64,000 nucleotides of DNA, taken from assembly GCA_963812015.1 (NCBI GenBank), contig CAWETI010000002.1, forward strand, positions 1,248,001 to 1,312,000, given 5' to 3'. The translations under genes and the position numbers were made by a program. This document shows positions 39,507 to 48,550 of this stretch, piece after piece. The stretch is from an uncultured delta proteobacterium. GTDB lineage: Bacteria; Desulfobacterota; Desulfobaccia; Desulfobaccales; 0-14-0-80-60-11. Position 1 is the first letter of the stretch. Each line of letters starts with the position of its first letter. Under the pieces are notes generated by a model that saw nothing but the letters and a program-made list of their open reading frames with translations, made no database searches and had not been told where the DNA came from.

Positions 39507-40288
39507 GATGGGGGTCCTGGCGAGGCGGCATCCGGGCGGGTCTCGCTATCTTGCTCCCCCGCCTGGAGCCGGCGCCGGGCGAAGCGCACCAGCATGGTCA
39601 AAACGATCAATGCCGCCAGGAAGGCCCCGACCAGGCCCCAGGGGACCTTGCCCTGGGCCACCCCTTGCAGTAAGGCGTCGGCTCCCACCACATAGAGGAC
39701 CGTGCCCGGGATGATGCAGAGCCAGGTCCAGAAGACATAAGTCCAAAAGGGCACCCGGGTCAGGCCAAAACCATAGTTGAGCAGGTTGAAGGGAAAAATC
39801 GGCACCAGGCGGGTCAGGGCGACGATGATGGCGCCGTGCTCTGCGGTGAGCTGATCGAGGCGACGAAATTTTTCATTTTTTCCCAGCCAGTTGACCACCG
39901 CGTCCCGGGCAAAATAACGGCCCACGAGAAACGCCAGACCGGCCCCCAGGGTGGCCCCGATATTAATCAGGATGACCCCCCACACCGAACCGAATAGGGC
40001 GGCCGCGGCCACCGAGATGGGCGCCGCCGGGAGGGCCGCCACCACCGCCACCACGTAAATCAGGATAAACACCAGGGCGCCCAGGGCCCCCAGGCTCTTG
40101 ATCCAGTCCCGCAAGTCCCCCAGCTTGTCGGCCAGGCCCAGGAACCGGGCCAGCAGCAGGACGGCGATGACCAGGGCCAGTAGGGCCACCGGCCGCCGCC
40201 ACTGTCGGCCTGGTTCCCCCTGACCCCCGGACTGGTCCTGAGTTTGGGGCTCAGGGGCCGGGGCGGTCGTTCCGGTTGAAGCATCCAC
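39503..40288 (-). CDS. TVP38/TMEM64 (DedA/VTT) membrane protein
   Basis: GATLGA, RLVPIFPFNLLNYGFGLT and IPGT motifs. Confidence 0.92.
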   Translation of the reverse strand: MDASTGTTAPAPEPQTQDQSGGQGEPGRQWRRPVALLALVIAVLLLARFLGLADKLGDLRDWIKSLGALGALVFILIYVVAVVAALPAAPISVAAAALFGSVWGVILINIGATLGAGLAFLVGRYFARDAVVNWLGKNEKFRRLDQLTAEHGAIIVALTRLVPIFPFNLLNYGFGLTRVPFWTYVFWTWLCIIPGTVLYVVGADALLQGVAQGKVPWGLVGAFLAALIVLTMLVRFARRRLQAGEQDSETRPDAASPGPPS

Positions 40289-40645
40289 TCTTATGACTTC
40301 CTTCGGGATTAAAATTGCCCCCGCCGGGCTCCTTACCTGCGAAGATCGGGGTTATGCGTCCGGCAGCTTGACTAGACGGTAAGCATCGGATGAAAAATAT
40401 CAACCGCGGCAACAGGGTTTTAGCCGGGAGAAGGACGGGTAAGGGCAGGGGGTTGGGTTATGGAAAGGGGAGGGGTGGTATTTTGACGGCAAATACTGAA
40501 AGAGGAGAGAAGGCGGCATGGGGTGGGAACCTGGCCCAGGTAATGAACCGATTTCCCCGGATGCCACCGGAAGCACCATTGGCAGCCTGGACCGAGACAA
40601 AGTTCGAGGACTTGCAGGAGAGGTTGAAAAGCGTCGCCCCGGCCC

Positions 40646-41074
40646 TTATTGCCAGCCGATGACCTGGTAGCCCTTTTCCTGAAGGCAGTGTTCCACGAAC
40701 CGCCGCTGTACCGGGTCCAGGTCCCGGGAGTGGAAGAGCCCCCGGATCAGGCCGCCCGTGCCACCTCCGGCCGCGCCCATGGCCGCGCCGCGCCCCGCTA
40801 CGCCAGCAACCGCGCCCACGGCTGCGCCCACTGCGGCCCCGGCCGCGGCTCCCACCCCGGTGGAACCCGCGACTTCACCGGCGGCATGAGATTTATAGCC
40901 CGCTTCCGCGGCCTGCTGCAAACAGGCATCGATATCCTGCTGGGCCACGGCCGGCCCCACCGTCTCCAGCCGTTCATTGGGATAGAGCACGGGGCGTTGG
41001 GCCGCACACGCCAGGCTTGAGGCCACGATGCCGCCCACCAGGAGGATCCGCAAAAGTTCTTTGATCATGGGCAA
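40646..41074 (-). CDS. Glycine-zipper lipoprotein
   Basis: LAC lipobox, RPVLYPN, GAAAGAAVGA repeats, CLQEKGYQVIGW. Confidence 0.8.
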   Translation of the reverse strand: MPMIKELLRILLVGGIVASSLACAAQRPVLYPNERLETVGPAVAQQDIDACLQQAAEAGYKSHAAGEVAGSTGVGAAAGAAVGAAVGAVAGVAGRGAAMGAAGGGTGGLIRGLFHSRDLDPVQRRFVEHCLQEKGYQVIGWQ

Positions 41075-41266
41075 TAACTCCAGGCTCCGTCCCCGGGTGA
41101 GGGGTCTTCACTGGATTTGACCAACAGCCGGGGGGAACGTTAAGGGGCAAGGTATGAGTTAGCCAAATTTTTGCCGAAGACAGACCGGGGCTCAGGCCGG
41201 TATAAAGTTAGTGGGCCGGGTTTGGCAACCGACCGCCGGAGTCAGGCCATGGAAACCGGAAACCCC

Positions 41267-42223
41267 TTAGACCATGCGGATGGCCAACCGCGCGCAATGG
41301 GGGGCGCAATAGCCGCACAGGATGCAGCGGTCATGATCGACGGTCACCTTGCCGTCAACGACCGACAGGGCCCCGTTTTCACAGTGCTCCACACATTCCC
41401 CGCAGCCTTCACAGGCGAGCGCCACAATGCTCAGGCGCTTGGTGGACAGCGCCGTGTCCCGGGCCAGATCTGGGGGGATCGGCCGGCCCGCCGCGAAGCG
41501 CAGGTTCCAGTCCACTTCCAGGGGGGTTACCATACCCACTACCACGGCATCGAGCTCGTCGACGCCGAAAATAAAGCGCAGGGCTTCTTCCCGATTGGGG
41601 ACAAAGTTACCCCCGGCCAGGGATTTCATGGCATATACGAACATGCCGGCCTGGTGCGCCTCCCGGATGGCCGCCAGCATCTCCTCCACTCCGCCGTCGA
41701 TGATACCCATGCCCTTCAGGTTGATGAGAGGATGAACCACGTCCATCGCCGGATGGCGCACCGCGTCCATGACCCCCGCCACCGAATGGGAACTCAGGCC
41801 CACCATGCGGATCAGCCCTTTGGCCCTGGCGGCCAGGAGTGCCTCCAGGGTGGGCCCCCACTCGTCCTCGGTGAAGCGGTTGCGGGCGCAGTGGCACAGC
41901 ATGATGTCGATGACGTCCCGGCCCAGTTCTTTTAGGGCGGTTTCAATATGTTTTTCGGCCAGAGCCCGATCAGCCCGGGCGTGGGTCTTGGTGGCCACCG
42001 TGACGGCCCCGCCCCAGCCTTTGAGCCCCTGGGCGATGTGCTCGTAGGTCCCATAGAGGGTGGCGGTATCGATAAAGGTGATGCCGCCTTCCACCGCAGC
42101 GCGGACCACTCTGGCACCTTCCGCTACGGACAGGGTCCGCTGCAATGGACCCATGGGCAAGGCGCCCAGGCCCAACCGCGTAACCGTGCGGCCCAGTTGG
42201 GGTAAAAAACGCGTTTCCAACAT
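41267..42223 (-). CDS. Aldo/keto reductase with C-terminal 2x[4Fe-4S] domain
   Basis: FIDTATLYG, ATKT, GLSSH, CEGCGECVEHC and CILCGYCAPHC motifs. Confidence 0.92.
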   Translation of the reverse strand: MLETRFLPQLGRTVTRLGLGALPMGPLQRTLSVAEGARVVRAAVEGGITFIDTATLYGTYEHIAQGLKGWGGAVTVATKTHARADRALAEKHIETALKELGRDVIDIMLCHCARNRFTEDEWGPTLEALLAARAKGLIRMVGLSSHSVAGVMDAVRHPAMDVVHPLINLKGMGIIDGGVEEMLAAIREAHQAGMFVYAMKSLAGGNFVPNREEALRFIFGVDELDAVVVGMVTPLEVDWNLRFAAGRPIPPDLARDTALSTKRLSIVALACEGCGECVEHCENGALSVVDGKVTVDHDRCILCGYCAPHCARLAIRMV

Positions 42224-42687
42224 CGAGGCGACTCTCCTTTGAGATGGCGCTCATTATATCACAAGCTTGGGGGGGAGCAAACGAAGCTGAGCCCTGGAGA
42301 CCGCCAGCCGGCGCCGCCCGTCGGGTGCGCCTGGCCCGGAGGGCGAAGTGACGCGGCGGTCACCCCGGCAGCCCCTGGGCCGGGCTGGGGAGGTGGGCCT
42401 GCTGCTTCCCCCGACGTCACCGGGGCGCCATGGCGTGGCCCCTTCTGGCCCGGCTGCGGGGAGCGGCCGCCCCGGTTCGGGCCTGCTGTTTCATTTCCCT
42501 TACAGGTTCGGGGCCGCCGTTAGTCTTATTCATCTCATTAAGAATAGTTGACACAATATGCACATTAATAAACATTGGATTAAGAATCTAAATTACCTTT
42601 TTAAGAGGAATTCCGATGGGATGCAATAATTGGTATTCATCTTGCATAAGATATAGTATAAATATTATCACGAACCAGGGAGGCCCT

Positions 42688-42834
42688 ATGCCAAGGAAAC
42701 CCATTGAGATCCTGCATGAGTTAATGACGAGCCAGGTCTTCATTCTTGCCGTGGCCATCATGTTATTCTTGCTGATGATCACCCTGGCGGATCCAGGCCA
42801 GAGCCAGGCAACGGTTGGTCGGCTCTGGGCTTAG
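42688..42834 (+). CDS. Small single-TM protein (48 aa)
   Basis: GGGAGG RBS; MPRKPIEILHELMTSQVFILAVAIMLFLLMITLADPG…. Confidence 0.5.
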   Translation: MPRKPIEILHELMTSQVFILAVAIMLFLLMITLADPGQSQATVGRLWA

Positions 42835-43150
42835 CTCATCCCGGCTATTTCCCGGGCACTGCCAAGCACCGCCAGTACTGAAGACCTGCCCGGATTTCGC
42901 CTGCCGGGGGGCGCCTGCCTCCGTCCCGAATTCCGGGGCAACTGATCCCGCGGCCCGCCACACGCGGGAATAATATCCTTTCTGGCCGCCGGCCACCACT
43001 TTCCGTCCAGTTGGAACCTTCATATCTCGCCTTCTTGCTCCCGTTCTGTCAAACCCCTGTTTAAGATTTTCTTAATGGCATGACCTTAGGGTTTTTCACC
43101 CGGGGTTATCCTTAAAACCCAAGCTTTGGGGGGGGGATTTTATTGAAGTA

Positions 43151-43164
43151 TTGACTTAGGTCAT
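43151..43164. promoter_or_regulatory. Crp/Fnr-type (HcpR-like) palindromic site
   Basis: TTGAC-TTAG-GTCAT about 110 bp upstream of the ferredoxin-like gene. Confidence 0.5.
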
Positions 43165-43275
43165 AGTGCTGACAATCTTAAGCGTTAAAATAGCATAAAG
43201 AGAATGGTGCAAGGGTCGTTCGCCCGCCCCATTCCGGTTACTTCCGATATCAAAGGGAACCAAGGAAGCTGGCGC

Positions 43276-44001
43276 ATGGGAAAGAGACAAATCATTCGGA
43301 TAGACCAGGACAAATGTGACGGCTGTGGCATGTGCGTGCCGTCGTGCGCCGAAGGGGCCATTCAGATCGTCGACGGCAAGGCGCAGTTGCTGGCGGACCG
43401 TTTTTGTGACGGCCTGGGGGCCTGCCTGGGGGAGTGTCCCCAGGGAGCCCTGACCATTGAAGCCCGGGAGGCGGATGAGTTTGTGGGTCCGGCCCCTGGG
43501 ACGCCGCATCCGGAGGCGCCGGCCTCGACCCCGGCACCACCGGAAGGAGGGTTCGTATGCCCCGGGAGTCGCATGCAACAATTCCCCCGGGCCGCCGCCC
43601 CCGCCCCGGGAGCCTCGGCGTTGGGGCACTGGCCCGTCAAGCTGCGCCTGGTGACGCCCAAAGCTCCCTTTCTCAAAGGGGCCAGCCTCCTGGTGGCGGC
43701 CGACTGCGCCCCCTTTGCCGCCGGGGACTTTCATTCCCGCTATCTGGAAGGGAAGGCGGTGGTGTGCGGTTGCCCAAAATTCGACGATGTCCCGGAGCAC
43801 GTGGCCAAACTTACCGCCATTTTGAAGGAAAATGACCTCCGGGAAATTACCATCGTCAATATGGAAGTGCCGTGCTGCTTCGGGCTGGTGCAGATCGTGC
43901 GCCAGGCCCTGGAGGCCTCAGGCAAGAGCCTGCCGGTGACCATCTGTACCCTGGGGAGCACCGGACAGGTCATCCAGCAGCAAAAAATCAAGGGGAGATA
44001 A
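43276..44001 (+). CDS. 4Fe-4S dicluster ferredoxin-domain protein
   Basis: CDGCGMCVPSC, CDGLGACLGECP, WPVKL, AADC, GCPKFD and MEVPCC motifs. Confidence 0.9.
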   Translation: MGKRQIIRIDQDKCDGCGMCVPSCAEGAIQIVDGKAQLLADRFCDGLGACLGECPQGALTIEAREADEFVGPAPGTPHPEAPASTPAPPEGGFVCPGSRMQQFPRAAAPAPGASALGHWPVKLRLVTPKAPFLKGASLLVAADCAPFAAGDFHSRYLEGKAVVCGCPKFDDVPEHVAKLTAILKENDLREITIVNMEVPCCFGLVQIVRQALEASGKSLPVTICTLGSTGQVIQQQKIKGR

Positions 44002-44008
44002 GGTTGCC

Positions 44009-44632
44009 ATGGAACAGATGAAATGCCCCGGCCAGGATACCCGTTATTGGAAGCCCTATGATATCTTTGTGGCGGAATGCCCCAAATGCGGGGCGGAAAT
44101 CGAGTTTTTCAAGGACGATGCCCGGCGCCGGTGCGCCTGGTGCGGGCATATGTTCTACAACCCCAAGATCGAGCTGGGTTGCGCCGAATGGTGCCAGTAC
44201 GCCGAAAAGTGCGTGCCGGACCTGGTGAGGGCCAAGAAGGCGGCCCAGACCTTTAAAGAGCTTTTGGCAGAAATGGTCCAGACCCATCTAGCAGGGGACT
44301 CGGCGGCCTGGGAGCGGACGGCCAAAGGGGTGCAGTACGCCCAGGACCTGCTTAAGTCCGAAGGGGGGGACCCCAAGGTGGTCATGGCCGCGGTGCTTCT
44401 CCACCGGGTGGAGCCGGCCAGAGCCCGAGATTTTTTGGCGGAACTGGAAACGGAGCCGGAGATCGTTGAGGCCGTGCTGGAATTGCTGACCGACCGGGGA
44501 GCGGCGCGAGATCTGAATCGCCAGCTCTTTCAGGATGTCTTGGCCCTGCTGGAGGAGAAGGCCGAGGCCCCCCGGCATTTCGCCACCCGCACGGCCCAGC
44601 GCCTATCCGAGGCGGGCGAAAGGGGGAAATGA
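44009..44632 (+). CDS. Cys-rich Zn-ribbon protein with a degenerate HD-phosphohydrolase-like domain
   Basis: CPGQD, CPKCG, EFFKDD, CAWCG, GCAEWC; AAVLLH. Confidence 0.65.
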   Translation: MEQMKCPGQDTRYWKPYDIFVAECPKCGAEIEFFKDDARRRCAWCGHMFYNPKIELGCAEWCQYAEKCVPDLVRAKKAAQTFKELLAEMVQTHLAGDSAAWERTAKGVQYAQDLLKSEGGDPKVVMAAVLLHRVEPARARDFLAELETEPEIVEAVLELLTDRGAARDLNRQLFQDVLALLEEKAEAPRHFATRTAQRLSEAGERGK

Positions 44633-44634
44633 GA

Positions 44635-44815
44635 CCATGGGGGGAGGGCCAGGGACGGCCAATCCCCGCCCTCCCCCCACTCCCCCCTCCCAACCCTTTA
44701 CGGGGAATCGGGCTACAGGCCCGATTCACCGGCCAAATATTTGCCTTAAGGGGTTGGGGGAGGGAGTTTGAGGGAGGGGGCAGGGGCTTTTGCCCCTGGC
44801 TCCCGCCCTCAAGTT
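44635..44815. repeat. Inverted pair of a G/C-run repeat family (related copies at about 10375-10440 and 27081-27160)
   Basis: CCCTCCCAACCCTTTA … TTAAGGGGTTGGGGGAGGG; a similar CCTCCCC(C)AACCCC(C)ATAA is at the other two sites. Confidence 0.6.
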
Positions 44816-44834
44816 TTTTGCTATACTATGCTCC

Positions 44835-45872
44835 ATGTCTCCAATTATCTTGCCGCCGGCGGCGGCGGTGGAGCGCCTGCTCGTCTGGCATCAGGGGGCC
44901 CTGGGGGACCTGCTCCTGGCAGGTCCGGCCCTGGCGGTCCTCAGCCGACACTATGGCCGGGCCCGGATCACCGCCCTGGGACATCCGGAGCGTTGGGGCC
45001 TGTTGTCCCTTAGCCTGCCCTTGGACGAAGTGTGGGACAGCGGCGAGATTCGTTGGGCCCCCCTGTTCAGTGACGGGGATATGCCCCCCCAGATTCGGGC
45101 GCGCCTGGCCCGGTTCCAACTGGCCCTGGTCTTCAGCCCCCACCCTCAAACCATCCTGCTGGAGCGGTTGCGCCAAGCTGGCATCCCTGCGGTTCATTGG
45201 CTCCCGTCCTTTGGGGAGACGGGCGTGGAGCCGGTGGCTGCCCTCCAGGCCCGGCATCTCGCCACCCTGGGGTTGCACGAAGTCCCCGCCCCATTCAAAC
45301 TGGAGGTGGGACTGCCGCCGGAAGAGGAGCTGCCGGAGCTTCCCGGTCCCGGTCCCTGGCTGGCGATGGCTCCGGGGAGCGGCCAGGTTCGCAAGAACTG
45401 GCCCCTGGCCCACTATTATGAAGTCAGCCGGGCCCTGGGCTGGGAGTATGGACTGCGCGTGGTGTGGCTGGCCGGCCCCGCCGAAGGGGCCATGGTTCCG
45501 TACCTGGAGGCGCTGGCCAGGGCCCAGGGCCAGGTGCTTTTGGCGAACCGCCCTCTGGCCCGGGTGGCTCGGGTATTATCCCGTTGCCGGTTGTATCTGG
45601 GCAACGACAGCGGCCTGACCCATCTGGCCGCGGCGGTGGATGAGCCTGAGGTGCTGGCCCTGTTCGGCCCCACCGACCCCCGGGTGTGGGCCCCCCTGGG
45701 ACGGCGGGTGCGGACCCTGGCCGCACCTTGTTCCCAGGCGCCGTGCGCCACCGGCCGCACTATTACCTGTCCGGAGGCCCACTGTCTGAGCGCGCTCTCC
45801 CCTGAGACGGTCCTGGCCGCTGCCGCACAGTTGCTCTCGGCTCCAGGCAAAAATGGGGGTGAGGGGGCTTAG
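44835..45872 (+). CDS. Glycosyltransferase family 9 (heptosyltransferase-like)
   Basis: GALGD, PGSG…KNWP, GNDSGLTHLAAA and LFGPTDP motifs. Confidence 0.92.
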   Translation: MSPIILPPAAAVERLLVWHQGALGDLLLAGPALAVLSRHYGRARITALGHPERWGLLSLSLPLDEVWDSGEIRWAPLFSDGDMPPQIRARLARFQLALVFSPHPQTILLERLRQAGIPAVHWLPSFGETGVEPVAALQARHLATLGLHEVPAPFKLEVGLPPEEELPELPGPGPWLAMAPGSGQVRKNWPLAHYYEVSRALGWEYGLRVVWLAGPAEGAMVPYLEALARAQGQVLLANRPLARVARVLSRCRLYLGNDSGLTHLAAAVDEPEVLALFGPTDPRVWAPLGRRVRTLAAPCSQAPCATGRTITCPEAHCLSALSPETVLAAAAQLLSAPGKNGGEGA

Positions 45873-46098
45873 GATTTTTATCCGCCGCGTGGTTGGTTTT
45901 ATTTCGCCCCCGGCCGGTTAAAATTTTTGGCCGGGCAGGTTTAGCAAGCCAGGGCGGGGTTTTGCCTCCGGGGCGCGAGAGGGTATCCGGGCTGGAGTGG
46001 CTGGATGCGTACAATAATTTAAACTGGAATCATTGCCGCCGTCTCCCCCGATTGCCGCAACGTCTTGCTATTATTGAGGTTTGGAAGCTTGAGGGTAA

Positions 46099-46115
46099 TT
46101 GGCATCATTAATGCA
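46099..46115 (+). promoter_or_regulatory. sigma54 promoter with no downstream ORF
   Basis: TTGGCATCATTAATGCA = GG-N10-GC. Confidence 0.65.
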
Positions 46116-46125
46116 TATACTTAAA

Positions 46126-46207
46126 GGCAGGTTACCCCCTAAAACCCTAAACCAATTTCTCCTTTCTCCAGATGGCCGGGCTCCCCCTCCCGGCCATCAT
46201 ATTTTTT
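46126..46207 (+). ncRNA. Candidate sigma54-dependent small RNA (about 80 nt)
   Basis: Lies between the sigma54 site and the terminator GATGGCCGGG-ctccccct-CCCGGCCATC-atatttttt; CU-rich body. Confidence 0.5.
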
Positions 46208-46454
46208 AGCGGTTTGCCAGATCGGACTGATCCGCCGTTCGGGTTCCAAAAAAATCGGGCCATTCCTCTCCCTGCCTCCGTTTCCCGGCACCTATCTCTT
46301 GGAAGCTATTTCCAAACCGCTTTATGGTGTCAACCTGAGCGCCTGTGAAGGGTCTAGGTTATGGGCAGGAATAGATTCTTCGCTTCGCTCAGAATGACAA
46401 ACTGGCGCAAAAAGAGGGTTTGGAATAGATTATAAAATTTTCCGTCTGGGGCAC

Positions 46455-47507
46455 TTAAGGTTCCCGCCGGTGGGCAAAATACTCCTGCACCGCCTTTAAC
46501 CCGGGACTCTGGGATGGCAAGGCCTTCCGGAGGGAAGCCAGGCGGGCTGCCGACTCCCGGCCCCGGCGGGCCAGGGACGCGTCCCCGGCCAGGAGACGGG
46601 CGGTTTCCCAGGCGGCCTGCCAGTTTTTGCAGATGAGGAGCAGGTCGGCCCCCGCGGTCAGGGCTTCCCGGGCTCCCTGGGGCGCCGGCAACTTGGTGGC
46701 GATGGCCCCCATCTCCAGGTCATCGGTGATGATCACCCCTTTAAACCCCAGACGGCGGCGCAGCCATTCCTGTAAAGCCACCGGGGACAGGGTGGCCGGG
46801 CGCGCCTCCCACTGCGGCACCGATAGGTGGGCGGTCATGATCATGGGCACCCCGGCGGCCACCGCCTGTCGGAAGGGCAGCAGGTCAACCTCCCGGTGGG
46901 CATCGCCGGATTGGGCCAGGGGCAGGACCTCGTGGGAGTCCACCAAGGTGTCCCCCAGACCCGGAAAATGTTTGGCCACCGGGATGATCCCGCCGGACCT
47001 GTAGCCCCTGATGGCGGCCACGGCATAACGGGCCGCGGTCTCCGGGTCCGAGCCGTAAGAGCGGTCCCACTGGGGGCACGCCGGCGTGCGCGCCACATCC
47101 AGGACCGGGGCCAGATTGACGTTTAGGCCCACCAGGGCCAGTTCCCGGGCCACCTGCCGGGCCAGACTTTCAACCTGATCCGGGGTGCTGGTGTCGCCCA
47201 GGTCCCGGGCCGGAGGGATGATGGTGAAGGGGGTTTTCAAGCGCTGGACCCGGCCCCCCTCCTGATCCACCGCCAGGAGCAGGGGCCGCCCGTTGGCCGC
47301 CAGGGCCTCCTGCTGCAGGTCTCGGGTCAGCTCCCAGACCTGCTCGGGGCTTTCGATATTGCGGGCAAAGAGGATGACGCCCCCCACCTTCAGGTCCCGC
47401 ACCAACTCCCGGGCCACTTGATCCATGCGAGGGCCGGGAATCCCCACCATGAGGAGTTGACCCCAATAGGAAGGGTGATCAATCCTCGCCTGATTATTCG
47501 TGGACAA
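46455..47507 (-). CDS. nagZ: Beta-N-acetylhexosaminidase NagZ
   Basis: VDQEGGRVQR, KHFPGLG..VDSH and TDDLEMGA motifs. Confidence 0.94.
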   Translation of the reverse strand: MSTNNQARIDHPSYWGQLLMVGIPGPRMDQVARELVRDLKVGGVILFARNIESPEQVWELTRDLQQEALAANGRPLLLAVDQEGGRVQRLKTPFTIIPPARDLGDTSTPDQVESLARQVARELALVGLNVNLAPVLDVARTPACPQWDRSYGSDPETAARYAVAAIRGYRSGGIIPVAKHFPGLGDTLVDSHEVLPLAQSGDAHREVDLLPFRQAVAAGVPMIMTAHLSVPQWEARPATLSPVALQEWLRRRLGFKGVIITDDLEMGAIATKLPAPQGAREALTAGADLLLICKNWQAAWETARLLAGDASLARRGRESAARLASLRKALPSQSPGLKAVQEYFAHRREP

Positions 47508-47580
47508 TGTTAACCTCCGGTGGCTCGTCTCAATGAAATGTGGGGCGCATTCCGCCTGCCTGGTCCGGTCTGGGGGCTGC

Positions 47581-48294
47581 TTATCCGGTCATGGCCAGGA
47601 TCTCCGCCAGGTGAAAAAACTTCAAATCCCGGGCCAGGGGGACGCCGAGCCCCCGCAGATGGAGCAGGCAGCTGTAATCCAGGGACACCAACCCCCCAGC
47701 GCCGGCGGCCCTTACCGCGGCCAGGTAGGCCTCGCCGATATCCCGGGAGAGGTCGGGATGCTGGAAACTAAAGGTCCCCCCAAAGCCGCAGCAGGTATAA
47801 TAGGGCGATATCGTGAGCAACTCCAGGCCCTCCACCCGGGACAAGACTTCCCGGGCCTGGGGCAATACCCCCAGTTGCCTGGCCTTGCACGACTGGTGCA
47901 GGACCAGGGAACCCTTATATCTGGGAGTCCAGGGGAGCGGCCCCAAGCCGTTCAGCCACTCGCCCAACTCCAGGACCCGGGCGGCGAGGGCCTCTACGGC
48001 GCGCCGTTCCCGGGGGTCTTCGGCCAGTTGGGGGTAGCAATGCCGCACCAGGTAAGCGCAGGAGGCGCTGGGGCACAGGATGGTCTCGGCTCCGACAAAG
48101 ACCCGGAGAAAGTGGCGCATGAGGCGCCGGGCCGTGGCCACATCCCCTGCCGTCCAGGCGAACTGGCCGCAGCAGGTCTGGTCCTGAGGGTATTCCCAGG
48201 CAATTCCCAGGCGGGTCAGGAGCCCGGCCACGGCACTGGCGACGTTAGGGGCGCACTGGTCCAGGAAACAGGGAATAAAAAGCTTGAGGCCCAC
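47581..48294 (-). CDS. CCG-domain Fe-S protein (LutA/YkgE-like)
   Basis: FIPCFLD, QTCCGQ, SASC, HQSC and CCGFGGTFS motifs. Confidence 0.88.
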   Translation of the reverse strand: MGLKLFIPCFLDQCAPNVASAVAGLLTRLGIAWEYPQDQTCCGQFAWTAGDVATARRLMRHFLRVFVGAETILCPSASCAYLVRHCYPQLAEDPRERRAVEALAARVLELGEWLNGLGPLPWTPRYKGSLVLHQSCKARQLGVLPQAREVLSRVEGLELLTISPYYTCCGFGGTFSFQHPDLSRDIGEAYLAAVRAAGAGGLVSLDYSCLLHLRGLGVPLARDLKFFHLAEILAMTG

Positions 48295-48550
48295 ACCATC
48301 TCCTTCTGCCGCCTTTTTATCACAAATAGCGCGGCTGGGGGAAGGGGCCGGCCATAAACCCCATCGCCGGGGATTGACGGAGGGATGAGGCTCCCGAAAG
48401 CAGGAATTGTTTTGGGGAATTATCTTGCCGATGATCCCGGCCTCCGGGTCGTCATCGTTTCCCTTGACAGGCCTCGGGTGGTTTTATAGTATAAAATCAA
48501 AAATTTACGAAATAATAACTAGTTGACTCGTGAAAGGAAATTGTCTCCCC

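Noticed and set aside
38070..39695. Long antisense ORFs (this one, and e.g. 6403-7455, 27255-28283, 30918-31943)
   Set aside because: Shadows of real GC-rich genes on the opposite strand.
40390..40662. Gly/Arg-rich ORF reminiscent of DUF5320
   Set aside because: No RBS, weak resemblance, and it opposes the flanking minus-strand genes.
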